Source of the DNA: Owenia fusiformis
Lineage: Eukaryota
Reading direction: 5' to 3'
Assembly: GCA_903813345.2 (NCBI GenBank)
Contig: CAIIXF020000001.1
Span: 39,184,001-39,248,000 of the forward strand
Length of the DNA stretch: 64,000 nt
Below are positions 27,371 through 39,782 of this stretch, piece after piece; position 1 is the stretch's first letter, and each line of letters opens with the position of its first letter. The notes below the pieces were generated by a model. It was not told where the DNA came from. It saw only the letters and a list, made by a program, of their open reading frames with translations, and did no database searches. Position numbers and translations under genes: made by a program.

Positions 27371-30300
27371 TTAGGTGTCAAAACTGCTAAAAATAATATA
27401 GTTGTTACAATTATTTGCTTGGATAAACTTGATATTACATTTCTTCATTGATTAATCTGATTTAGTTGGAATCGAAGTTCGACCAACGATCAAGGCAATG
27501 CAATCAACAACTCTTGCAAATGTGAACGGGAGTCGTAAAGACAGAAAGTACAAGAATAGTGATAAATGTAAAGTATAATATTTAAGACACATCTTTGAAT
27601 AACGGGTAGGAGAACATTTCAAAATGAAGAAGAATCATTTAGAACATTTGATTTGTTGACCATAAATCAATTGCGTCTCAAATGAATGAAATAAAAGGTA
27701 TCGCGGGCCACTAAAGCCGATGAGTGAAAACATAATTGACGCATCTATAACGGTAAGTGAATACTGAATAGGTTTGTGTAGATACGTCGAGGAAAATAAG
27801 CTATTTCGACGCTTGAGATAATCTGATTACGCTTATTAATAATTACGCGTGGCTATTAAACACAAGTGTTGAGTAGAACAAAAACAAGAAAACTGTGTTC
27901 AAGATATTTTCGCATGTTCAAAAACACAAAATTTATATTTTAGATTTTCCATATTTTGTCAGATATTAGGCTACAGGGAAAACATAATCATGTTTCCGAA
28001 AAGATGGTGAGTTTCGAGTTGATACTGTTGCGAGTTCGTGATTGTTATAAATGGGATCATCTTAATTTGATTGTGCAGTCAATCGCTTGGCTGCGGGTCG
28101 ATTGAATTGTGTGAGTTTACAATGAAAATCGGGGGGGGGGGGGGGGGGATCGGGGTTTACAAAAATAACCGGGGGAAAATCGGGATTGATTAGGATAATC
28201 GGAAAATCGGGAGTTTACAATAAAAGGGAGGAAATCGGGGTTATGATCCTGCAATTTAACCAAGCTTTAATCATGGTTTTCCGTATTATTCATTTGGACC
28301 CTCACAGCACAGCAATAGTTAAATATCAGAAATAATTGTGATAAAGCATGGATGCGTGTTTGTGTTATACATGAAGTCAAAGAACTGTCAATAAAAACGC
28401 ATCTATGTGTTCAGTACGTTGTATTGAATATCTCAGTCTCAGAATGATCGATTAAATTTCTGGTTTCAAATAGTTTAAAGAAGATTAATAAGCAAACGGT
28501 ATGTTTTGTAAGCTATTTCGTTTTATCACAAAAAAATGCCTTTGCATATTTCACCATGTTCCAACTTTCATTGTTCCACTCGGAATGTTCGAGAAATAAA
28601 AAATCTTGATTTCTCCCAATTTAAATTGGGATTTGACAGGTGAGCCCCGGGAGGTGAGCAAACCTAAATAATGGGTTAATCTGCCTATTTACACCCTATG
28701 CAGACAGAGCCTGTGGGAAATATTGGGTGCGGCGCAAATGAGCGGAGGGTGCGGAGCTAACGGTCATTTTTGAATTTAAAATTGGGATATTTCTCAAACT
28801 AAGCCGTTTTGGGACTTCAAATATACCAAAATATGTGTATTTGACACCAAATATCAATAAAATTGTGAAAATAGTAGTGCAATTCATTTTATAGCGACGC
28901 AGTATGCCTTAAACATTTCCCAGACCTATATATTTTGAGACTATCCTTTTAATACTGCGTCCCCAGCATTCATAAAAAATGGTGTTCAAGATACACTACC
29001 CATGCAAATTATTTTTGCATCTTGGAAGCCAGGCAGTATCTGTGTGATTTTATAAAAATTCGGAAATGTTCTTCAGATATGAGCCCCCTCTAAATATTGG
29101 GTGCGGAGGTACGTTTTATGATCTCTGATCACTTAGTCAACTAACAATTTGTTCATCATTTCAATTTTAATTTGACGGGTTAATTTATGAAGGGTTGCAT
29201 TCGCGAATACAAGCTATGACTTTAAACCATAGTAATTGTTGATTGATATTGTCAATAGATGGCCCAATCGAATCTCTGTAAATTCATATGCACAGGTGTA
29301 AAAGGGTAGGAGGTCCTATCAAAATTGATCCATTGATTTATGTGGTGACCTAAATACAACTCTTTCCCTTATTATCTTATACACAATCAGGGCCAGTAAG
29401 GGACGTTTAGAAAGGGGACCATAATCCCCAGGGGACCATAATTTCTTTCACACCGGGTCAATGTAAAAAATGGCAGAAGTGGTTGGACTCTCATAAGATT
29501 GAATAAATATCTATTTAAGAAATATAGACCAAAGAGCAGGGTTTCTAGTTTCGAATAACACCCCGCTGGTCTCGGCACAAACGTTTTCTGTACCCCGAAC
29601 GACCAAAGGGAGGTCTTTGAGGTCTATATTACGATTCGAACATGAAAACTCACCAAATTGTTTCGAATATTCATCATGGTCCGCCATTACTACGACCCAC
29701 CGTTATGACGTCACATATTACACGTATTAACTGGGTGATTGATCTCGAATATAACCCAGCTGAAGCATTGACTTTGTTTACAGTTTATAGAAGGCGTGAA
29801 TACAGTCATGTTCGAATAATTGATAATCTATGAAGGTCGAAACTGTATATAGAAAAAATAAAACAATGTAAACCAGCCAAAAAAGTGTTTTGAAAATGTC
29901 TGTGTTCCTCCTTCTAGATATAATGATATTTATAAGTGGATCAACAGATTTAAAAACACAAAAATTATTTTTGGGAATTATTATATGAGGTATTTCTTTA
30001 TTTTGTTTAATCTATTACTTTCCTTGTAAAATCAAAATAAAATGTGAATAGTATTAATATGAAAAAATCACAACCTACTGAAATATATTATAGTAAAAAC
30101 TATCAAAGTGTAAATACCCTTTTCATAACTATAACAAAAAATATTGCTCAAAATCTGAGTATGTATATAACACGACTAAAGTTGATCACTGTATTGCCAA
30201 TCTGACAATGAAACAAATGTTTTATGTCTCAAAACTTGTTGCCATGGTAAACAGAATTGCCCAAATTTTACCAGGCTTGTAACATCTCTATAAGTGTCAC

Positions 30301-30641
30301 TTGTATAAATCTCTTTTCATCCAACCATAATATATTATTAATAATACTTAATAGTTATATACTTAAGTTATAAAACTCATCACACCTTGACTTAATTCTG
30401 TTGATACGTTATTGCAATAATAAATGTTGATAGGTCAATTGGTGGGTAACATATATTGTATATTGCCACAGGTCCACTAAAACTGATAACATTTATACAT
30501 GTGTTTACAGTAAACACTTCAAGTCAATTAAAAGACGACTTGTTTCAGTATTGTTCAAAACTGTTACAAAAATGTAACAATTGTTACACTTGGCAAATAT
30601 GCAAATATCAGCTACTATAAAAGTGAAGACTAAATTCGTAA

Positions 30642-31320
30642 TAACATGGCATTAACATGACAAAATGTCACCACCTAGTTGCTCATAATATTATGAGTTC
30701 AATCTTAAGTCAGACTTGAATTTCTGAGAACTTGTAGGAGATTTTGGAAAAAATAAATTGGTCAATTTGAAGCAACTTGAAAAAAGACCTTTCTGACCCT
30801 GAGAAGGTCATTGAAGGTGAAATCTCAAATCTAAAGTCAGGATTGAACTTCTGAGAACTCGTAGATGATTTTGAAAATATATTGGTCAATTTGAAGCAAG
30901 ATGAAAAAATACCTTTTTGACCTTGAGAAGGTCATTGAAAGTCAAATCTTTTTTTTGACCTTGAGAATGTCATTGAAGGTCAAATCTATAGTCAGATTTG
31001 AACTTTTGAGAACTTGTAGATGATTTTGAAAAAATAAATCGGTTAATTTGAAGCAAGTTGAAACAATACCTTTTTGACCTTTTTTGACCTTGAAAAGGTC
31101 ACTGAAGGTCAAATCTTAAATATAAAGTCAGATTTGAACTTCTGAAAACTTTTAGATGATTTTCGAAAAAAATTGAAGTCAGTCTAGACAGTATTTGTTA
31201 AGTTATTGGAAGTTGTAAGAATTTGTTACAGACACCAACCATCAACCGCAAACCACCAACCGCCGTCAAAAAAATGGAGACTATAACAATATGTCACCAC
31301 TTTTTGGTGGTGAAATAACA
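30642..31320 (+). mobile_element. HINE-like element with about 3-4 core repeats
   Basis: Same head, tgacc/aggtca core and 3' hairpin (atgtcaccac..gtggtga) as 43127-44927. Confidence 0.8.
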
Positions 31321-31779
31321 ATGTGACACCACTTTCTTGATGGTAATATGTAACCAATCAGCAGTCACTTTGAGAGTATACATGTATGTTCAAGTAAAAC
31401 TCCTTACTGTATTTCTACTTAATTTGGCGGCCATTTTAATTTGACGGATCCGGCAATTTGTTAAAGTCCACCAAACTAAGTAGCCGCCAAATGTTCAAAA
31501 CAGCAAATCCACCAATATAAGTAGCACCAAATAAGTAGAAGTACAACATGTCCAAACAGTACTAAAATATCAAATAACATTAAGGTGACAAAATCAGACA
31601 TTATTTTTATGCTTATTTCAATAAACCAGCTGAAAGTTAATATGTGAAATAAAAAATTAATTAAATATCTATCTTATACAATTAACATGATATATCGAAT
31701 ACAAAATGGGTGTTATACAATTTACATCATGTACATGAGTATATTAAATTCAATCGAAAAAACCTGCTTTGATAAATAC

Positions 31780-32756
31780 AGTAGTGGCCATCTTTAATAT
31801 TTCTTCTTGACTTGAACAGAGCTCCTTTGTCTCTAGGTATCAGCATATAAAATATAAAGCAAATTCGTTCACTGGTATCTGAGTTATTAGAGATTATGTT
31901 CTTTTACGAAAAATAGCAGCCATTTTGATATTCAGCTCCCAACTTGAAAGTACCTTCTTGAGCAGAGCTCTTGTGTTCCTTGGCATCAACATAATCTGGA
32001 CTACATCGGTCCAATCGTATTTGAGTTACCCAACATTATATAGTTTTTACAAAAATGGTTGCCATTATGAAATTCAGTTGCCATCTTTAAATTGCTTCTT
32101 GATCATATCTTCTACACTAAGTATCAGCATATAAAATTTGAACCCAATCCATCCACTGGTATTTAAATTTTGAAATTCTGAGGCTATCTTGAAAATCACT
32201 TTTCGAGCATAGCTCCTATGTTCCTAGACATCAGCATATAAAATTTGAACCAAATTGGTCAACTTGTATTTGCATTATCAAAACTTACATATTTTACAAA
32301 AAATGGTGGCCATTTTGAATAACCCAGATGCGAGTAGAAATAATCTTGATTTACGTCATTAAAAATTCTATAAAATCACAAAAAATGAAATATCTTTTCT
32401 TTTAGTGGACAGATAATATTTTGCTTTACTGGAAATGTTTTCATCTGTATAAGTATCCGACACATAAGGGTTATATGAAAATTGAAGCCACTTAAATTGA
32501 CAATATCCAAGTTTAAGGGAACTTTCTTATATACCTGCCATGTTAATTGACCCGAATCAGCCAAATGGTAGTGAAACTGGTAACTACTTACTCGCATTTG
32601 GGTAATTGAGTAGTCATATTGGAAATTAATTTTTGACCAGAGGTTCTACACTCATAAAATTTTAGGTTTTGAGTTATCACTCGGACACGCTAACGAATGA
32701 TGAATGGACGGATGGCTGGTCTATATCCCTATGAGCTTTGTTCGGTGGGATAATAA
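31780..32756 (+). mobile_element. Degenerate HINE-like element with diverged core repeats
   Basis: Repeated gagcagagctc..atcagcatataaaatttgaacc units; ends gacggatgg..ctatatccc..ttcg..gggataat, like 52440-52486 and 47060-47148. Confidence 0.55.
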
Positions 32757-35157
32757 ATAATATACATCTTTATCATGATAAATACTTGTTAGGTATTTAC
32801 ACTGGACTGATACTAGTAGTTATAAAGAATAAACATCTTACACTTAGTATTTTGGTTAAATGATACTGCAAATGACATTTTTTACAATTCTGAAATTTTT
32901 ATTGCAGATGATTTTAGACGGTCATACGTGTATCTTTCACCATGAGTACCCTCTGGCTATAAATACAGTGGTTTTTATTAAAACAATATGTTTTATTTCA
33001 AGTGAAGTACCCATGATAGTAAAATATCAATCCAACTCTGGAAAATTATGGATTAGGACCCCACCTTGGTACTTTTAAAAAAATGTTAGGCTTATTTTCT
33101 AAAAGGAGGATCTTGTTTTTCTCAATTTAAACATATCGAACGTTTGTTATACAATATATTAACAATTCCTGAAAAGGGGATGGCGTTTGAAATGTGCTAA
33201 AGTTAAAAAACAAATATCCCATGTTATTTTCCCTTAGGAAAAACTTATGCTATCCATTGTTTTCAGCATAATTTTGGTCATCAAAATTGATATCTTCAAA
33301 ACTAAACTTTCAAACCATTCTACATTACTTTTGAAGACGTTTACATCCCTTGTTGAATAATCTTTTCATGCAATAAAAAAAATCAGAAAAAGAAGATTCT
33401 CTTTTGAGTAAATAGTTTCAACATTTTGAAAAAATGATGACGTGGGATCACTATTCATAATCTTTCGAATTGTTCGATTTTTATCAATTTTTATCATCAC
33501 GTGGACTTCACTTGAAAGAAAACATATTGTTTTAATAAAAATCACTTATGCCCAGAAAAAAACTCATGATAAAAGATATGACTGTCTTAAATCATTTGCA
33601 ATATGGTCACATGGTCCTTTGGGTATACAGCTCATTTTGCTATGAGAATTACATTAATTAATTATTAATTATCTTTTATGTTTACACATGTAAATACCCT
33701 GAAAGCTATAATTTTCACTGAGGAAGGGAGCCTAATACTAACTTCTCCCAGGAACAGAGCCTATAACTTATAAATATAAAGCTAGAGTTCTTAAGAAATC
33801 AAACTAATATTTGAAATCTACAGACAAAACTGTGGATTTAATAATAATGTTCAGTAATTTTATAATAGTCACACCCTTTGGAGTCACCCACGCTACACAC
33901 CTCCTGTTGGTAGAGTAGATAAAGGGGTCCGGTCTTGAGGCAAGACTGTGATTTCTTTTTACTGAGTCCATAGTTTTACAACTTTAGGCCATCCAACAAT
34001 GTCATGATAATAATTATGGAGTAATTGTAAAGGAGTGGTATCGATATTATTCTATATGGAGAACTTTTTGAACACACGTTTCTCTTAAACCAGTCATCAA
34101 ATAATTCTGAAAATTTTACACATCGTCAATTTAATGGTCATCTTTTGAATGGTAACAATATAATTTGACAAATATGTATATACTTTCATCTATATTGTTT
34201 TAGAAAACACATCAAACACTTGTTTTGTTCTTGGTATCATGTTTCAAGAGTGAATGAGACATCTTTCCGAACCTCACTGGAACAAAAAGACATAAACAAA
34301 ACATGTTTAGGTCTCTCAATATTGTAATTTTACAAAGGAAATTTTGGTTGATTTTTAAAAAGTATCTTGTTAATGAAATAAAAGGTTTATCTTGATTTTT
34401 ATCTATTTTGACGGAATTTTGTTTTAATTTTTTGAACACTTTTTTAAAATCAACCAAAAATTCCTTTGTATAACTATATAATATTGAGAGGTCTAAATAG
34501 TCGGGTTTGAATAGGAGATAAGTTCACAGAATATTTCAAAAATATATAGAAGCAATCTTAAGGTGGATTTCAAAACTTCATACCATCCTTTTGAGAACCT
34601 GAAGTGGCACCAAGCAATCCATTGACTTTTTCACCAAAAATCCAAGATGGCCGCCACAATGTATCGAAAAATCATAAAAATTGAATAAAGTTGTAATTTA
34701 ATAAGTCAAAATAGTTGTATACTGATCAAACATGAATAATAATAGTACCTATTAGATGTTCATATGCATTTAAATTCATTGGATCATTTTTGTATGAAAA
34801 CTGGAGTCCCACAAGGCTCAATTTTATGTCCGCTACTTTTTTTGTCTAATGATTTGCATTGACCATGGCATTTGCACATAGCAGTGGTTACTTATCCATT
34901 TTTGTAATGTGTGCACCCAGGACCACATTTCACCTTGCACCCATACTTGACCAATGCTTGGCATGCCTTGGCTGCTTGAGGAAGGGATGTCAATAGTGGC
35001 ACCAGTAGAGACATGTCATACTTCCAGCCCCATGTTGTGAACTCCTATACCAATTTTAGATGGAGATTGTACAGTTGCCCTCAAACAATACCACCTTGGT
35101 TAGCAAGTTCTTAAGATTTTCTGAGCAAGGCCTCCTATTGTTGGTGGTATTCTACTA

Positions 35158-36211
35158 CGAGGGGTGATCAGGAATTTCTGGACCGTTGGCTCTATTTTTG
35201 TCATTTTTTATTCTTTCTTAGTGATTTTTTCACACAATATAACTCAAATATATAGGATCACACCATGAAGATTTCATTCTTCTGTGAAATCATTATCTTT
35301 TTATTCTTGTTACCATGGTAACTGGTGAAGCGACAAGGTGGAGCTCAGAAAAATACCAAATTTGAAAAATCAACAGTAGTTTTACATGCCACTTTTTGAC
35401 ACTGTTTTCATTGCTGAATATGTTACAAACATACTGAAATAGGTTGTATTATATCTTTAAGTATATCCATTAATGTTCATAGTAACTGTCATTATTCTTC
35501 CATCAATTCTAATCCTCCAAAGTAGTTACCAGCATTTTGTAAGCATTTGTTATCCCTTTTCACCCATTCCTGAAAGACGTGATACAGACCGTCTTTGCCG
35601 ACAAAATGTAATTGTTTCCATCGGTTGTGGCCGTGTACCACCACGTATTCCCCAGACTTAGCTGGTTATGATTTCTATCTTTTCCCAACAGTGAAGACCA
35701 AATTATGAGGTATCCACTTTGAGGACAGTAATGAGATCATTCAGAAATTCACACACCAACGTACAAAGTAGGCAAAGACGGTCTGTATCTTTCAGGACTG
35801 GGTGAAAAGGCATAACAAATGCTTACAAAGTACTGGTAACTACTTTGAATGATTAGAATTGATAGAAGAATAATGACAGTTACTAATAGACGAACATTAA
35901 TGAATATACTCAATGAAATAACACAACCTATTCAGTATGTCACATATTCAGCAATGAATACAGTGTCCAAACATCATATAAAATTACTGTTGTTTTTCAT
36001 TTGGTATTTTTTCTGAGCTCCACCTTGTTGCGCCACCAGATACCATGGTAAAAAAATAACAAAAATAATAGGATAATGATGTCATAGAACAATGAAATCT
36101 TCATGATGTGATCCTATATATTTGGTTTATATTATGTGAAAAAATCAGTAAGAAAGGATAAAAAATGGCCAAAATAGTGCTAACGGTCCAGAAATTCCTG
36201 ATCACCCCTCG
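35158..36211 (+). mobile_element. Mariner-derived foldback element (~440-bp arms) with a transposase fragment in the loop
   Basis: TA|CGAGGGGTGATCAGGAATTTCTGGACCGTT TIRs; ~35649-35740 reads YSPDLAGYDFYLFPTVKTKL*GIHFEDSNEI. Confidence 0.85.
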
Positions 36212-36450
36212 TATATGGCCATCACAGAACATTCGTGCTGTATTGATATCTATCTGGTTGCTGGTTCGATCATATAATAGAACACAGTAAGGTGTCCTAG
36301 GGACTGAGTGGCCTGAACTGACAAAGCAAGGTTTGTTGTAACCATTTGTACCACTTGTAAAAAAGCTGGAGTAACTTCAATGAGCACATTCCATAGCTTG
36401 AAGGCAGATTTTTTGCTATGGCCAAAGAATGGTGAAGCTAATATAATATA

Positions 36451-36930
36451 CTGTACTCCGGGTAAATTTCGACGCTATAAAATTTTGCGATTTTTCAAAA
36501 TTGCGATTTCGCGGCTATTTAATTTCGCGGATTTGAGTTGATGACACTATAGCAGATTGCACAAGTTGAATTTTTTCCGATTACCATGAATCAATGCGGG
36601 CTATTTTAGCCCGTTCAGAATCCGAATAATGTTTGTATTTCCCACATTTGGGGAATTTATTTGAATATTCTTGAATGGCTTTTTCAACTTCAATTTGTAG
36701 GATATCATTGTCGTCAACGGTTCTTGCCTTTGTTGCCAATTCAAAATGTTTTTAGGCCTTCGCCCAACAACACTGGAAGAAACGTTTCATACCGAACGAA
36801 ACATATCAAAAGGCCCGGGTCAAATCCCCGGGGATTTAAGACAAATTTCGCGACGATAAATGTTCGCGATTTTACTACATTCGCGAACAAAGCGAAATTA
36901 AATCGCACGCGAACATTACCCGGAGTACAG
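36451..36930. mobile_element. Tc1/mariner-superfamily MITE (CTGTA ends, TA TSD)
   Basis: TA|CTGTACTCCGGGTAA..TTACCCGGAGTACAG|TA; absent from the sister arm of the Academ palindrome. Confidence 0.85.
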
Positions 36931-37503
36931 TAATTTAATACCTGTAATTTTTGAGAGGTCCGAAGGCAATCCAGATTGACACTTATTGCGCCCTTAAATG
37001 CTGCAGCCATGGCAAGAGCAACTACATCAGTATCTCAACTTCTGATTGTGAAGTCTTTTACCCTCTGAGGTCATGTTTTATATGAACAAAGAGTCTCGTG
37101 TCAGTTTCTTCATGAGTATCCAGTATAAGGTCCAGTCATTGCTGTATCTGGCAATTGAGGAAAGCACTGAATAGATTCTCCAATAGAAGTTATCATTTGC
37201 TTGTCATTAACATCAAACTCAGACATAGAGTTGGCCAGGAATGCAAACAGCCTAGTCTTGTTCCGTTGATTGTTAGAAAAGCTGGGCAATTCTTAGGCAT
37301 CGCATTCTCTGCATAAACTATCCCTCTAGCACCAGTGCCACGATGAATCCTTGTTAGGGACTTCTCACTGTTTTGTAGGTAAACATTCCAGACAACATCT
37401 AGGAACACCTTCCATAAGCTACCTTAACTTGGGATGAAAGGACCAGTTTCTTGACATTTAAGTAAGTCTGTCGTAGGTCACAAGGCTCTGTGCTTAGCTA
37501 GGG

Positions 37504-39105
37504 ATGATGGGATGCCAATCAAGACACGTTGACATGTCTGAGTTTTTCAAACATGAAAAACATGAGTTCCCGCCATCCTTAGCTAAGCACGGAGCCATGA
37601 GACCTACAAAGAAGCAGACTTACTTAAATGTTGAGAAGCTAAGCCAGATGGATCTGAAGTATTGGAAAAAACCTGCAGATGCAATTTTAATAGATGGCAC
37701 CCTTCTGGTCTATGTGATGCGTCCTGGTGTGGCTACCAACTTCCAAGAATATGCTACCAATGTCTCATCCCAAGTTAAGGCAGCTTATGGAAGGTGTTTC
37801 AAGATTAGATGCTATCTGGGATGTCTACCAACAAAACAGTGAGAAGTCCCTGACAAGGATTCATCGTGGCACTGGATGGTTTATGCAGAGAATCCGATGC
37901 CCAAGAATTGGCTAGGCTTTCTAAGAAATGGCCAGAACAAGACTGAGCTGTTAGCATTCCTGGCCAACTCTATTTTTGAGGTTGATGTAAATGACAAGCA
38001 AATGATAACAACTATTGTGGAATCTGTTCAGTGCTTTCCTCACTTGCCAGATACAGCAATGATTGAACCTTGTACTCATGAAGAAGTTGACACTAGACTC
38101 TTTGTTCATGTAAAACAGATGACCTCAGAGGGAAAAAAGACTTCATAATCAGAAGTGGAGATACTGATGTAGTTGTTCTTGCCATGGCTGCAGCATTAGT
38201 CCACCCGCTATGGCTCAGTGGCAGAGTCAAGGTTACCAATTTCGCTTGGCCCCGGGTTCGATTGCCGGTTCAGACAAGTTTGTTTGTGCGTCATGTAATT
38301 CTGGGTGTTTGACTGAGTGGTTCACGACTTGTATAAAAGGCTGTGGTGTGTACCTGTATGTCTGTGTACCTGTGCACACAAAAGAACACAGGGCTCCTCC
38401 AAGGAGGGGTTTCTGGCTCTGTCTTCGAGTGTAAAATATTAGTCGCCAAATATGGCGGTAACCAAGATATAATAATAATAATTAGGGCCCAATAAGTGTC
38501 AATCTGGATTGCCTTTGAACCTCTCAAAAATTACAGATATTAAATTATATTAACTGCATCATTCTTTGGCCATAGCAAAGGATCTGCCTTCAAGCTATGG
38601 AATGTGTTCAAGGAAGTTACTCCAGCTTTTCTACAAAAGAGTGGCACAAATGCTTACAACAAACCTGGTTTTGTAAATTCAGACCATTCAGTCCCTAGAC
38701 TGTTTTACTATTCTATTTTACGATCGAACCAGCAACCAGATAGATATCAATGCAGCACGAAGGCTAATGTTCTGTGACGGCCATACAGTCATTGACAGAA
38801 TACCACCAACAAAAGGAAGCCTTGCTCAGAAAATCTTAAGAACTTGCTAACCAAGGTGGTATTGTTTGAGGGCAACTGTACAATCTCCATCTAAAATTGG
38901 TATAGGAGTTCACAACATGGGGCTGGAAGTATGACATGTCTCTACTGGTGCCACTATTGACATCCCTTCTTCAAGCAGCCAAGGCATGCCAAGCATTGGT
39001 CAAGTATGGTTGCAAGGTGAAATGTGGTCCTGGGTGCTTACATTTCAAAAATGGATAAGTATCCACTGCTATGTACAAATGCCATGGTCAATGCAAGTCA
39101 TTAGA
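37504..39105 (+). pseudogene. Frameshifted Academ-like transposase C-terminal remnant
   Basis: ORFs 37504-37842, 37727-37915 and 37876-38148 form consecutive pieces; interrupted by a SINE. Confidence 0.7.
38198..38490 (+). mobile_element. tRNA-derived SINE-like insertion
   Basis: A box TGGCTCAGTGG, B box GGTTCGATTGCC, (AAT)n tail; absent from the sister arm. Confidence 0.75.
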
Positions 39106-39782
39106 CAAAAAAAGTAGCGGACATAAAATTGAGCCTTGTGGGACTCCAGTTTTCATACAAAAATGATCCAGTGACTTTAACTGCATATGAACATCTAATA
39201 GGTACTATTATTAGTCATGTTTGATCAGTATACAACTATTTTGACTTATTAAATTACAACTTTAGTCAATTTTTATGATTTTTCGATACATCATGGCAGC
39301 CATCTTGGATTTTTGGTGAAAAAGTCAATGGATTGCTTGGTGCCACTTCAGGTTTTCAAAAGAATGGTATAAAGTTTTGGAATCCACCTTAAAATTGCTT
39401 CTATATAATTTTGAAATATTTTCACCTAAATATTCCTGACTAAAAAACATGTTGTATATGCTATTTTGGTCCAACGAGGTTCGGAAAGACATTTTATTTC
39501 ATTCTCAAGAATCAGTAGAAAGGAGCAAAAACAATTGCACTAAAAAACAAAAATGTTAACAAAAACAGTTATATAAAATATTTCTAAATAATTTTCGCAT
39601 TAAATTGTTGTCAATCAGTCAACATTACATAAAATACTGTGTTTTTTTACAGAATGTTTTCAATGATTGGTTTAAGAGAAAAACATTGTTAAATTCAGTT
39701 CTTCATATTGATACCACTCCTTTACTCCAAAATTTGACAGTCCACTATCCAAAAGTAACCTGGTATTAAATAATGCAGCATA

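Larger units (their letters stand above)
34498..39442. mobile_element. Academ-derived giant inverted-repeat element carrying decayed transposase 3' region on both arms
   Basis: TAG..CTA termini with AAA flanks; arms 34528-37440 and 37770-39425 are reverse complements; remnants FFKHE..PPSLA, LIDG, WDVY, NKTELLAFLA, HEEVDTRLFVH, DTDVVVLA and a Cys-rich end resemble the XPG-like/Cys8 region of Academ proteins. Confidence 0.75.
34029..39724. mobile_element. AAAGGA-ended palindromic MITE (possibly Kolobok-like) split by the Academ-derived insertion; halves 34029-34497 and 39443-39724
   Basis: aaaggagtggtatc / gataccactccttt termini; the joined halves match the uninterrupted copy at 60158-60873. 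Confidence 0.75.

Noticed and set aside
38198..38290. tRNA gene (also considered for 27290-27370)
   Set aside because: A and B boxes are present but no convincing cloverleaf; followed by a SINE-like body and tail
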